A DNA stretch of 64,000 bases from Nostoc sp. (GCA_036918135.1 JBALDB010000011.1:192001-256000); one strand, 5' to 3'; counted from the stretch's first letter, positions 49,370-59,335 are shown. Notes: a model not told the origin generated them from the sequence alone. Program-made: numbers and translations.

Positions 49370-49855
49370 ATGCAACTCGAACAAAATAAATTCTCATGGT
49401 TTCAGGTTCCTGAGGATATCAAAAATTTATTAATTTTAGCTGCAAACAATTGGGAAAATACATCAGAATCCGAAAAATATATTCACCAAGCATTAAGTCA
49501 AACTGGTGAAAATACAGATGTTTTGGTAGCAGCATATAGATTCTTTTACTATAAAAATAATTATTCTCTTGCATTGCAAACAACAACCAAATTATTAGAT
49601 AAAATTAAAGAACTAGAAGAATTACCTGAGGAATGGCAGCAACTTAAGCCGATATTAGTCAATCGCAAAGAAGACCCACAAATTCGATTGTACTTGAATG
49701 CTTATGCTGCTTCTGGATTGGTTCTAGCGAAGTTAGGAGCAATAGAGGAAGCAAAAGAAATCAGCGCCAGAGTCAAAGAGATAGACGCAAAGCATGATTT
49801 TGGAGCCGGAATTCTCTTGGATATTTTGACGCATCCAGCAGAAGAAGACGATTAA
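49370..49855 (+). CDS. Conserved hypothetical helical (TPR-like) protein of the cox2 cluster
   Basis: 161-aa ORF; VLVAAYRFFYY...RLYLNAY. Confidence 0.75.
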   Translation: MQLEQNKFSWFQVPEDIKNLLILAANNWENTSESEKYIHQALSQTGENTDVLVAAYRFFYYKNNYSLALQTTTKLLDKIKELEELPEEWQQLKPILVNRKEDPQIRLYLNAYAASGLVLAKLGAIEEAKEISARVKEIDAKHDFGAGILLDILTHPAEEDD

Positions 49856-49864
49856 TGAATGTGT

Positions 49865-49960
49865 GGGGATTGGGTACTAGGGATTGGGAATTGACTACTG
49901 AAAAAGTATTCCTAATTTTATTTCCTAGTACCTAATCCCAGTCCCCAGTCCCTAATTCCC
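49865..49960. repeat. STRR1-type heptamer arrays forming an inverted pair
   Basis: GGGGATT/GGGTACT units, then CCCCAGT/CCCTAAT units. Confidence 0.8.
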
Positions 49961-49983
49961 TTCTTAAATCAAGGTGAACACTC

Positions 49984-50151
49984 ATGAACAATTGGTTATC
50001 TAATTCATCTTCCTCTTACTCGCTTTTAGGAACTACGAGTAATAACAACTCTATTTTTCCTGTAATCTACATACCTACTACACCTCCTGTGGAAACTCTT
50101 CCTAACGTTTCTCCGATTATTGTCATCCAATCTTCTCATATCAGATTTTAA
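49984..50151 (+). CDS. Putative 55-aa small protein (below the ORF-track cutoff)
   Basis: AAGGTG 7 nt before the ATG; MNNWLSNSSSSYSLLGTTSNNNSIFPVIYIPTTPPVETLPNVSPIIVIQSSHIRF*; ends 5 nt before the cupin ATG. Confidence 0.4.
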   Translation: MNNWLSNSSSSYSLLGTTSNNNSIFPVIYIPTTPPVETLPNVSPIIVIQSSHIRF

Positions 50152-50156
50152 AAGTT

Positions 50157-50768
50157 ATGCAAGGTAAGGATTGGCTAATAACGGCAGACGGTCAGTGTCA
50201 AGTCTGTAAGTCTGTGAGAGGATGGGATTTATTGAGAGATAATTACCGCCTGTATCGGTTTTTAACTGAGGTGGAAGATGTTCTCAATAGTGCGGAAGAT
50301 GAATCGAGTTGTTTGCCAGAAATGCGGATGTTAGTCAGGCGCTTGATTGTCAATTCCTACTGGGTGCGGAGTCAATATTTAGAACCTTCTCCGAAAACTG
50401 GAACCTCTGTCTCACTCCTATATGATGAATTGGGTTTTCCATTAACAGTGCAAATAGTAACATTTGCACCAGGAACGCGCTCGAATATTCATAATCATGG
50501 GACGTGGGGAGTAGTGGCGGTGTTAAAAGGTCAAGAAAAAAATACTTTTTGGCAACGCACTTATAGCTCAGAATCCCAGGAGAAAATTGAACATAAGGGA
50601 GAAGTGACTCTTTTTCCAGGAGATATTGTTAGCTTTGCTTCCAATGCAATTCATAGTGTAGAAGCACTGGGTGATGAACCAACTGTGACTTTTAACGTTT
50701 ATGGCGAAACCGCTCCGAAAGAAAGATTTGAGTTTGACTCTGTTACCCATAAGGCGAAGAATTTTTGA
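50157..50768 (+). CDS. Cupin / cysteine-dioxygenase-like metal-dependent protein
   Basis: SNIHNHGTWG...GQEKN...AIHSV. Confidence 0.85.
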   Translation: MQGKDWLITADGQCQVCKSVRGWDLLRDNYRLYRFLTEVEDVLNSAEDESSCLPEMRMLVRRLIVNSYWVRSQYLEPSPKTGTSVSLLYDELGFPLTVQIVTFAPGTRSNIHNHGTWGVVAVLKGQEKNTFWQRTYSSESQEKIEHKGEVTLFPGDIVSFASNAIHSVEALGDEPTVTFNVYGETAPKERFEFDSVTHKAKNF

Positions 50769-50789
50769 TAATAAAAAATTCACAAGTTA

Positions 50790-50911
50790 TGGGAATTGGG
50801 AATTGGTAATTGGTAATGGGTAATTGGGAATTGGGAATTGGGAAAAAGCGAATTGAGAATTGAAAATTTACCCCCATCACCCATCACCCATCACCCATTC
50901 CCCATTCCCCA
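50790..50911. repeat. STRR arrays (GGGAATT/GGTAATT)n and (CCCATCA/CCCATTC)n
   Basis: About 8 heptamers followed by a complementary array. Confidence 0.85.
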
Positions 50912-51035
50912 AGATTGCTGAATTCTGAATTCTTCTTCAATTAGGAATCTCAAGATTATTTGCATAGATTAGTAGTTTGTGCTGTCTTTAGTAAAGCGCC
51001 AACTACAAACAATTGAGTAATTAAGAGGTAGTAAC

Positions 51036-51545
51036 ATGGCAAGAGTAATTTTTTATAGTAAACCTGGCTGTAAAGGCGGTACTAAGCAAAAAGTTTTACT
51101 CACAGCTGCTGGTCATGAGGTGTTAGCATACGATTTGTTAACAGAACCTTGGACAGTTGAGCGGTTGCGCTCATTTTTTGGCGATCGCCCCGTAGCTGAT
51201 TGGTTTAATCGTTCCTCCCCACGGATAAAATCTGGTGAGGTAGTTCCAGAAAAAATTGATGCCCAAACTGCTTTGATGCTGATGTTGAGAGATCCGCTGT
51301 TGATTCGCCGTCCTTTGTTAGAAGTAGGCGATCGCCGTGAAGTAGGATTCGATGTGGAAAAGATTGATGCTTGGATTGGTTTAAACCCTGTAGATGAATC
51401 CTTGCGAGAAATAAGCGAAAATCTGATGAACCAAAATTTGCAAGGCTGTGCCCACGGTGGCGATCATCATCACGATCATAATGAGCAAGGCGGTTGTAAG
51501 CATCATGCTGAAGAACACCAAAAGCAAGGCAGTTGTAGCCATTAG
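51036..51545 (+). CDS. Nitrogenase-associated ArsC/Spx-family protein with His/Cys-rich tail
   Basis: FYSKPGCKGG, PLLIRRPL, VGFD. Confidence 0.88.
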   Translation: MARVIFYSKPGCKGGTKQKVLLTAAGHEVLAYDLLTEPWTVERLRSFFGDRPVADWFNRSSPRIKSGEVVPEKIDAQTALMLMLRDPLLIRRPLLEVGDRREVGFDVEKIDAWIGLNPVDESLREISENLMNQNLQGCAHGGDHHHDHNEQGGCKHHAEEHQKQGSCSH

Positions 51546-51588
51546 TGATGGTGGTTTTTAAGGACTGTGTTATCTAAAGACAACCTTG

Positions 51589-51697
51589 TGCATTGTTAAT
51601 GCATTGACTTGCATTGTTAATACATGGACTTGCATTATTAATGCATTGACTTGCATTGTTAATGCATTGACCTGTATTGTTAATGCATTGACTTGCA
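51589..51697. repeat. Five tandem copies of a 21-bp unit
   Basis: TGCATTGTTAATGCATTGACT at 51589, 51610, 51631, 51652 and 51673 (0-2 mismatches each); no spacers. Confidence 0.92.
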
Positions 51698-51743
51698 AAA
51701 ATTAACACGCTATTTCTTGATAGCGTTGTTCAATCACAGGTTA

Positions 51744-51767
51744 AGGGCACAGCAATGCTGTGCCCCT
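51744..51767. terminator. REP-like hairpin downstream of cysK
   Basis: GGGCACAGCA-A-TGCTGTGCCC. Confidence 0.6.
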
Positions 51768-51780
51768 TCCTTGATTAATG

Positions 51781-52740
51781 TTAACGGACGCTAGCAGTTT
51801 CTAAAGACAAGTCTTGAAACATCGGGGTGCTGAGGTAACGTTCGCCGAAGGAAGGCTGAATCATTACGATTAAACGTCCGGCATTTTCTTTTCGTTTACC
51901 TACTTGAATTGCAGCACATAAAGCTGCACCAGAGGAAATTCCAGACAATAAGCCTTCTTCTTTGGCTAAGCGTCGCCCGTAGGCAATGGCTTGTTCGTCG
52001 CTGACTCTAATTACTTCATCAACTAATTCCAAGCGCAGAACATCTGGGATAAATCCAGCGCCAATACCTTGAATTCGATGGGAGCCGGCTTCACCACCAG
52101 ACAGGACTGGGCTGTTGCTGGGTTCAACTGCGATCGCTTGGAAAGTTGGCTTGCGGCTTTTAATTACCTCTGCAATCCCAGTAATCGTCCCACCAGTACC
52201 TACTCCGGCAATGACGATATCGACTTCCCCATCTGTATCAGCCCAAATTTCTTCGGCGGTGCTTTCCCGATGAACTTTGGGATTAGCAGGGTTACGGAAT
52301 TGTTGCAGCATAAAAGCATTGGGAGTATTAGCTACAATTCCTTCAGCTTTTTTGATTGCTCCCCGCATTCCCTCAGTACCCGGTGTCAACTCTAAAGATG
52401 CGCCATAAGCTCTGAGCATAGCCCGCCGTTCATGGCTCATGGTTTCTGGCATCGTCAAAATTAATTTGTAGCCCCGCGCTGCTGCTACCATCGCTAGAGC
52501 AATTCCTGTATTACCTGAGGTAGGCTCTACTAAAATAGTTTTGCCCGGCTCAATTAAACCCTCTGCTTCTGCTGAGAGTACCATACTTATGCCAATGCGG
52601 TCTTTGACTGAAGCCGCTGGATTCATACCTTCGAGTTTGACAACTATTCTTGCTACTACCCCCTCAGCTTGAGGAATTTTATTCAGTTCAACTAAAGGAG
52701 TTCCTCCAATAAGTTCTGTTACGTCTTTAGCAATCCGCAT
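51781..52740 (-). CDS. cysK: Cysteine synthase A
   Basis: [30 protein letters not shown]. Confidence 0.96.
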   Translation of the reverse strand: MRIAKDVTELIGGTPLVELNKIPQAEGVVARIVVKLEGMNPAASVKDRIGISMVLSAEAEGLIEPGKTILVEPTSGNTGIALAMVAAARGYKLILTMPETMSHERRAMLRAYGASLELTPGTEGMRGAIKKAEGIVANTPNAFMLQQFRNPANPKVHRESTAEEIWADTDGEVDIVIAGVGTGGTITGIAEVIKSRKPTFQAIAVEPSNSPVLSGGEAGSHRIQGIGAGFIPDVLRLELVDEVIRVSDEQAIAYGRRLAKEEGLLSGISSGAALCAAIQVGKRKENAGRLIVMIQPSFGERYLSTPMFQDLSLETASVR

Positions 52741-53782
52741 TATTTAACTCCTAAAATCCTAAATCTTAGTGCAGAGTATCTATTTATAACGATAAACTTT
52801 TATGTATTGATTTTGTGGCTGAGTAATCAGAATTTAAAAACTACAATTCAGGAATCGAAGAGTTACAGAATTACAAGAAATTTGTTGAATCAATATACCA
52901 ATCAGCCGATGTTCTTGATAAATTCGGAATTTTTAACGGCAGTTGCTCGTTTATGGAAACTAAAAAGACTGCACCACCTCTTGCTTAAGGTTGAATTCTT
53001 ACCTGGTATGTAGATGAGTGTATTTACTATGTATTTTAACTCAACCACCAAATATATAAGTTTAAGAAGAACTTTTTCCAGATGTTCCTCAGCAAAAATC
53101 AATACTTTAGTTGCTAAAATTCATTTAGTTATAGAAGTATGAGTTAAGCGCATCAAATTTAATTGTTTTTTCTACTTATTCAGTCTATCCTGATCGAGAG
53201 ACATTGATATTTTCTTTTGAGTACAAATTTTATCAGCCCAAAAATTCCTAAAAAAAGTCTTTGAGCCGTGCCTACATTGCTTTGAGGTTGAGTACTCCGC
53301 ACCCCATAACCCCACCTCAAAAATACTAGAACCCCGCTTGAAAAATACTAGCACCCATACCCCAATGAATTTTTCTAAGACTTATCAGGCAATCATTACA
53401 GGCTATGAGTACTATTTTAATAAATTTAATAATCTTAATCGAACTGCGATAAACTGTTTTGTGGAAAGGCGGCTGATATAAAACATATAGGATTTACGCA
53501 GAGATTCCCCTCTACCCCCCAAAATTCTTAAGCGAAAGCTTAGTGAATTAGGGGGGACTTCTTAATCTCTCTTTTGAGAGTCAGCTAATGTGCTTAAACA
53601 TTTTTAGTCATTAGTTATTAGTCTTTAGTCCTTAGTCATTGTTATTAATTATTAGTTATTGTTAACTAACAAAAGACAAAGTACAAAGTTACCAGCGGAT
53701 GTTTCCCGCAAGTAGAACTTTGTAATAAAGGACAAAGGATATATCTTACTGGGTGGATACTACCTAGCAAGGGAGAGCCAAA

Positions 53783-54202
53783 ATGAAAGCCAAACTTTTA
53801 AATCTTCTTACAGTTTGTATAGTTACTTTAGCAGTGCTTTCTCCAGGGCTAGTAGTATTTGGCATAATTTGGGAGCGACATCTTGAGTTATTAGAATCAC
53901 AGAATTTAGCCTGCCAAGTGAACAAGACTAGTGGAGCGATCGCTGTGACTCCCCAGACAGAAAGTACACCATTATCTCAAACTAGCATCCAATCCTCTGA
54001 CCAGAATGTGGTTAATCAAATGGTGACTATTGCTGAGCAATATAAATTTGGCACTATCCTGCAATGGTTCTTTTTGTTAATCCCGATTTGTGTTGGGTTA
54101 GGAATAATCTTTTACGATAGATATCTTGTTTATCGTGCTGCTATTTTCAAAGAACAAGTTGAAATGTTGGAAAGGCTATGGCAGCAAAGTATCGAACAGT
54201 AA
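53783..54202 (+). CDS. Hypothetical membrane protein (2 TM)
   Basis: GGGAGAG ribosome-binding site; 139 aa; YRAAIFKEQVEMLERLWQ tail. Confidence 0.75.
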   Translation: MKAKLLNLLTVCIVTLAVLSPGLVVFGIIWERHLELLESQNLACQVNKTSGAIAVTPQTESTPLSQTSIQSSDQNVVNQMVTIAEQYKFGTILQWFFLLIPICVGLGIIFYDRYLVYRAAIFKEQVEMLERLWQQSIEQ

Positions 54203-54288
54203 CTAATTATTCCATCTAAGATTTATTTAGAGATTTTTAAATCTCTGACTAGGCTCCAAATTTGTTCATTCAAATCAATAGATTTACC

Positions 54289-54555
54289 ATGACAGAACAA
54301 CGCCAACAATTGTACTTTAACCTAATTGATGAGCTACTTAAATGTCCTAATGGTCAGGAGCCAGAAGTTTTAGAAGCTCATCCAGAATTAATTGATTCTG
54401 GCTTTGTAGAAACAATGTTACAAGTGGCAACTATGTTCGCCCATGAAGGCAATCAAGATGGAGCAAAATTTTTATTTTTTGTAGCACGTGAGCTAGCGAA
54501 ACAACTAGGTTTATATCCTGAAGTTTCCAACTCTGAAGTTGTTAATAAGGAGTAA
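54289..54555 (+). CDS. Small conserved hypothetical protein
   Basis: YFNLIDELLKCPNGQEPEVL cyanobacterial helical motif. Confidence 0.75.
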   Translation: MTEQRQQLYFNLIDELLKCPNGQEPEVLEAHPELIDSGFVETMLQVATMFAHEGNQDGAKFLFFVARELAKQLGLYPEVSNSEVVNKE

Positions 54556-54557
54556 AA

Positions 54558-54869
54558 ATGTTATTGACTTCAACTGATGCCGGACAAATAGCTTTAGAGC
54601 TACTTATGGCAGATTGGAACATTTCAGAAGAAAATAGAGAGTGGTTTACAATGTTTAACTCTCGTCTGATTGGCGAGAGTTGGTACATTGTAGAACTAGG
54701 TATAGAAGGATTTCCAGACCGGTGGTTTATTCAAGTATATGACAATGGAGTGTGCGATCCAAACTATACATTTATTTCACCAATTTCTGGTTCTGAAGGA
54801 TTTGCAGACTTGATCAACCTGCCGGATATTGTAGCAGAGATTTTAGTTTGCGAACGCAATGCTCGATAA
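54558..54869 (+). CDS. Conserved hypothetical protein
   Basis: AAGGAG ribosome-binding site overlapping the previous stop; 103 aa. Confidence 0.75.
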   Translation: MLLTSTDAGQIALELLMADWNISEENREWFTMFNSRLIGESWYIVELGIEGFPDRWFIQVYDNGVCDPNYTFISPISGSEGFADLINLPDIVAEILVCERNAR

Positions 54870-54977
54870 TAACAATTAATAATTAAAAATTCCGGATTCA
54901 AAATAAAAATGTACAATTTAGCTGCATTTGATTGAATTCATCTTTTCTGAATCAAATAAAAAAGCTGTAAGCAAATG

Positions 54978-55010
54978 AGAGGTATCCCAAATCAGGTATA
55001 CCTCTTTTTT
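54978..55010 (+). terminator. Rho-independent terminator
   Basis: AGAGGTAT...ATACCTCT followed by a T-run. Confidence 0.65.
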
Positions 55011-55253
55011 GTATAAAACATAGCATAATTGAGGATTGTAAACTCAGAAGTTAAATAAGCTTGATGTTGTACTTTAACTTGAGAAAAATCTCCTAGAGTA
55101 TTTTAATTTATCCTCAGCAAGGTATCACTCAAATAAACTTTTTACTTTTTTGCTATTAACTATCAAAATAAATTGCCATCTTTAATATTTTATTTCAATT
55201 AACTAAGTTAATTTATCATCTTTAATTGACAATATTATGTTATATTAAATAGA

Positions 55254-55619
55254 GTGATGGACGCTACAGAAATATCAGTTGAAATGATTGCTGAAGACAT
55301 CTTAGCTAAAGAATTCACAAGAGTCGTTAACCACTACTATCCGACAGTTGGGGAATTACTAGACGGGTGTTATGTGAAAGTCATTACCTGTTTTTGGGGA
55401 CGACCTGCAAGACGCTTGCAATATATAGGAATTTATTGCTCTGATGAAATGATTTCTTGTGTGCAAGCTCAAAAAGAAATACTTCGAGAAGTAGCAGACA
55501 ACATGGGTTTAATGCAGGTAGTCTGCATAAATGCCAAGCGATTGTTACGCGACCCGATGTCGAAGCTCAAACATAACAATCCACGCCTATGGTTGGAGTT
55601 GCAGTGGGTTGCTACCTAA
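55254..55619 (+). CDS. Hypothetical protein
   Basis: 121-aa ORF co-oriented with the LLM gene. Confidence 0.7.
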   Translation: MMDATEISVEMIAEDILAKEFTRVVNHYYPTVGELLDGCYVKVITCFWGRPARRLQYIGIYCSDEMISCVQAQKEILREVADNMGLMQVVCINAKRLLRDPMSKLKHNNPRLWLELQWVAT

Positions 55620-55655
55620 GACTCTGTGAATTAAAAATCGCCGATTTAAGACTGA

Positions 55656-55771
55656 TATCATGTCCGCTCAAATAACCGTCATTACAACCGTAGGGAAGCA
55701 ATCCTAAAAACTTTGTGATTGCATCGTTTCACTCGCTTCGGACATATTACGGATGAGCCGGACATCAGATA
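55656..55771. mobile_element. MITE-like element with imperfect terminal inverted repeats
   Basis: TATCATGTCCG...CGGACATCAGATA ends; internal GAAGCAATC/GATTGCATC hairpin. Confidence 0.55.
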
Positions 55772-55865
55772 ACGCTCTAACGCCAAGAGTTTTAAATCGA
55801 GCAAAGTTACCTTGACAGACTAATAAATAGCCAGCACACACGGTGGGTAAAAAGTACCAACGCTA

Positions 55866-56873
55866 ATGAAAACTGGAATTTTCTGCAATTACGAAAATCA
55901 TCACCAAGATGGTCATCGTGCCATTTTTGAGCAAGTGACGCTGATTAAACAAGCAGAAAGCTTAGGCTTTGAGGAAGCTTGGGTGAGTGAGCATCACTTT
56001 AATGAATCTAATCTTAGCCCATCCATGTTAGTGTTAATGGCGCACTTGGCGGGATTGACTTCAACTATCAAATTAGGTACGGCGGCGGTGTTACTGCCAT
56101 TCTATAACCCAATTAGGGTAGCAGAGGACATTGCCACTTTGGATAACTTGTGCAATGGACGATTATTACTTGGAGTTGCTAAAGGAGGGCCTTTCCCTCA
56201 ACAAAATAAGCATTTTGGCACACCAATGAATGAATCGCGTCCCAAAATGTTAGAGGCAATGGCATTGATTCAAAAGCTTTTATATGAAACTAACGTATCA
56301 TTTAATGGGCAATATTATCAATGCGATCGCCTAACAATTTACCCCAAACCATTGCAGCCAAAAATTCCCGTATATGTTGCCACTGGTGGTGATGATGGTA
56401 TCGAGTTTGCCGCTAAACATTCCTTCAGTTTAATGGGTGGCCCGCCGTTTTCTCTACAAAGATTGAAGAATACGATTGCCAAATATCAAGCGTTAAATAC
56501 TAGTGGTGCAGAAAACTTCGTGCTGGCACGCTTCTTTTATGTTGGCAAAACATTTGATGAGGCAGTGAGTGAAGCGTTACCTTTTATTCGCCAATTTAGC
56601 CAGAAAATGAAAGCTAATTCGGCCCAAACATTGCAAAATAGTGCGAATCCCAACCAAAAACCATTCGATCGCACAAACATTTGTTTCGATCAAGACTATT
56701 TGATTGAGAACTCAATTATCGGTGATGTGGAGACTTGTCGAGACAAAATCAAAAAATTTCAGGATGAATTGAATTTAGGTACGCTAGCACTCAAACCCTC
56801 ATCTTTAGATATGGAAAAAAACCTAGAGAGTTTGACGCGCTACAACCAAGAGGTGCGAAATTATGTCTTCTAA
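55866..56873 (+). CDS. Luciferase-like (LLM) flavin-dependent oxidoreductase
   Basis: AESLGFEEAWVSEHHF, PIRVAEDIATLDNLCNGRLLLGVAKG, YPKP. Confidence 0.9.
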   Translation: MKTGIFCNYENHHQDGHRAIFEQVTLIKQAESLGFEEAWVSEHHFNESNLSPSMLVLMAHLAGLTSTIKLGTAAVLLPFYNPIRVAEDIATLDNLCNGRLLLGVAKGGPFPQQNKHFGTPMNESRPKMLEAMALIQKLLYETNVSFNGQYYQCDRLTIYPKPLQPKIPVYVATGGDDGIEFAAKHSFSLMGGPPFSLQRLKNTIAKYQALNTSGAENFVLARFFYVGKTFDEAVSEALPFIRQFSQKMKANSAQTLQNSANPNQKPFDRTNICFDQDYLIENSIIGDVETCRDKIKKFQDELNLGTLALKPSSLDMEKNLESLTRYNQEVRNYVF

Positions 56874-57237
56874 ATTATACCTGCTGCCTCCCGATGATTT
56901 ACCTCCAGCTGAGGTAACAAGAGAGGATGGAATGTTGCAGATGGAATTAGAACAGTCTACTGGCAGATGCTTTTATTTAGCCTGCGATCGCATTACGCGA
57001 GTGCTGTTATCTAATTGTCAATGGTATTTGACAACAAATACCAATATTCTCACATTAATTATTGACTGCCCCGACTTAGTATCTTACTGGCATATTGTCA
57101 GCAATATTCCCCAGTTAGGTAATCGGTTAGAGCGGTTTAGTAGTAACGCCAAAATTCGCGTTTATCCACCATTTGGCAAAGGGATGCCATTTGAAATTGG
57201 TGTCAATGAAATTTCAGCCTATCGAGATTGGCTTTGA
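56863..57237 (+). CDS. Conserved hypothetical protein overlapping the LLM stop
   Basis: 124 aa; 11-bp overlap suggests translational coupling. Confidence 0.75.
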   Translation: MSSKLYLLPPDDLPPAEVTREDGMLQMELEQSTGRCFYLACDRITRVLLSNCQWYLTTNTNILTLIIDCPDLVSYWHIVSNIPQLGNRLERFSSNAKIRVYPPFGKGMPFEIGVNEISAYRDWL

Positions 57238-57351
57238 GGTCAATAAACATCATATATATTTATTCACCATTATCTCTATCTACACACCCTGTACTCTAAG
57301 AGTGCAGGGTGTTGCAATAAATAGAGTTACAACATTGTCTTTAGTATTTGC

Positions 57352-58119
57352 TTAGGCCAAAATTACCATTCCAGAAGCAGGCAAATCAATTCGCACCGTT
57401 GCGCGACCATCGTTATGATGTTGTACGGCTACAGTTTGATTCTGCCGTGGGTTGCGTAAATCGGCATTGCTCCAATCGCTTTTGTATAAAAATAATTGCA
57501 CACCGACAGCATGAGCGACTTGCTCATAGAGATTAGGCACATTACTATATGCGGCAAATCGCTGCTTATTATTAGGGAATGACATCCACTCGTCATCCAA
57601 GACACAGACATGATATATTCCAATTTGGCGATATTCTCCGGCGAGATTGTTGCTATACAAATCAAAAAATTGCTTTGGATCTACTAAACCTTTTGCAAGT
57701 GCAGTCAATTCATTAGGAGCCTGCACGTTGTCTAATACAGCACTAAGGTTGCGACCAATAATGTCTATGTCAGCACCAGCCATACTCCTGCAAGTCATTT
57801 CCCCAGCCAGTAAAAAGTTGTCTTTACCAATAGATTGGGTGTACTCAGAAATAGCAGTGCAGAATTTGCGGGAATCTTCTAAAGAAACCTGTTTGAGCGA
57901 TTCTATGCAAAAGCCATCGCAGTCACAAACAGCAATCCAATATTGGTAAACTCTTGCTAAAGCTGCAATCAGGTCATCCCGATAGAACCAGTTATCAGCG
58001 CTCTGGTTATAAATTACATATAGGATGACATACATCCTGCGATCGTGAGCAGCATCAATTAAATCTCTTAAATCTTGACGAGTGCCAAAGTGGGGGTCAA
58101 TATCCAAAAAGTCTTGAAT
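57352..58119 (-). pseudogene. Decayed GH13 alpha-amylase family gene
   Basis: IQDFLDIDPHFGT..DL..LIDAAH...VILYVIYNQS (D and H lost); DGFCIESLKQ in place of DGFRIDAVKH; LDDEW in place of LDDHD; large internal segments and the N-terminus are missing. Confidence 0.75.
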
Positions 58120-58151
58120 GCGATCGCTAATAATTCAACAAAATATTCAAG

Positions 58152-58985
58152 TTAATTAATCTGCACTTTTTCTGTCAACCATTTATACCAATTATCTAAG
58201 CCTATACCAGTAGTTGCAGAGACTTGAAAGATTTGAATTTGCGGATTTACTTGCTTAGCATAGTCTATGCATTTTTGCACATCAAATTGTACATAAGCTA
58301 GCAAATCAATTTTGGTCAAAATCATGATGTCACTAGCACGGAACATGTGGGGATATTTCATCGGCTTATCTTCTCCTTCTGTGACGGAGAGAATCACGAC
58401 TTTTGCATTTTCTCCTAAATCAAATAAAGCCGGACAAACCAAATTTCCGACGTTTTCAATCATCACAACTGAGTTCAACGGTGGATTTAGTTGTTGTAAA
58501 CCTCTGTCTATCATTGATGCATCTAAATGACAGCCTGTTCCAGTGTTAATTTGAATAACTTTACAACCTGTTTCTTGAATTTTTTTAGCATCATTAGCAG
58601 TTTCTTGGTCGCCTTCAATTACACTAATAGGTAACTGATGCTTTAAATCATTGATAGTGCGAGTTAAAAGAGTTGTTTTCCCAGCGCCAGGAGAACTCAT
58701 TAAATTTAAAGCAGTAATATTTCGACCTTTAAACCATCCCCGGCTTTGAGCTGCTATTAAATTATTCTTTGCTAATATATCCTGTTCTAAGGATATAGTT
58801 GTGCCATGTATCTTGGCATGAACTTGAGATGCTTCTGTATGAGGTTCATGACTGTGAGAATGGGTAATTACAGTGCCATCAGCTAAAGTATGAGTATGAT
58901 GATGGTGATTGTGTTCACCTTCACTTACTTCCAGATTAGTAATTTTAGTTTCACCATCATCAGAACAACCGCAAGTTACACACAT
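58152..58985 (-). CDS. hypB: Hydrogenase nickel incorporation GTPase HypB
   Basis: MCVTCGC, His-rich region, SPGAGKT, ENVGNLVCP. Confidence 0.97.
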   Translation of the reverse strand: MCVTCGCSDDGETKITNLEVSEGEHNHHHHTHTLADGTVITHSHSHEPHTEASQVHAKIHGTTISLEQDILAKNNLIAAQSRGWFKGRNITALNLMSSPGAGKTTLLTRTINDLKHQLPISVIEGDQETANDAKKIQETGCKVIQINTGTGCHLDASMIDRGLQQLNPPLNSVVMIENVGNLVCPALFDLGENAKVVILSVTEGEDKPMKYPHMFRASDIMILTKIDLLAYVQFDVQKCIDYAKQVNPQIQIFQVSATTGIGLDNWYKWLTEKVQIN

Positions 58986-59317
58986 AATTCCTCTATTTCT
59001 ATTTCTTTAATTTTTAGTTCTTCACCAGATATTAAATTTAATTCCACGCTACCGCAGCTACAAATACCAAATGGCTTATCTAGATAAATTTCTGCACCGC
59101 ATTGCTGACATCTCCCTAAACCGGGAATTTCTAAAATTTCTAATGTCGATGCTTGTAAAACTGTTCCTTGTGTACAAATATCAAAACAAAATCGGATAGC
59201 CTCGGGCATAATAGCTGAAAGTTTGCCAATTTCTAATACAACTCGTTGTACTTTTGCGCCTTTTACATGTTCAGCTACAATTGCTACAATATTTTGAGTA
59301 ATTCCTAATTCGTGCAT
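58976..59317 (-). CDS. hypA: Hydrogenase maturation protein HypA
   Basis: MHELGI; CQQC and CSC. Confidence 0.97.
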   Translation of the reverse strand: MHELGITQNIVAIVAEHVKGAKVQRVVLEIGKLSAIMPEAIRFCFDICTQGTVLQASTLEILEIPGLGRCQQCGAEIYLDKPFGICSCGSVELNLISGEELKIKEIEIEELCV

Positions 59318-59335
59318 CTAAAAATATTTTAAAAA

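Noticed and set aside
51589..51697. Possible CRISPR array
   Set aside because: Repeats are contiguous with no unique spacers, and there are no cas genes in the window.
53487..53600. Possible MITE starting ATAGGATTTACGCA
   Set aside because: The left end resembles a common cyanobacterial inverted repeat, but no convincing matching right end was found.
54891..54917. TCCGGA (DIF1-like heterocyst promoter motif) followed by TACAAT
   Set aside because: Spacing to the -10-like hexamer is only 15 nt, and a terminator-like hairpin follows within 100 bp.
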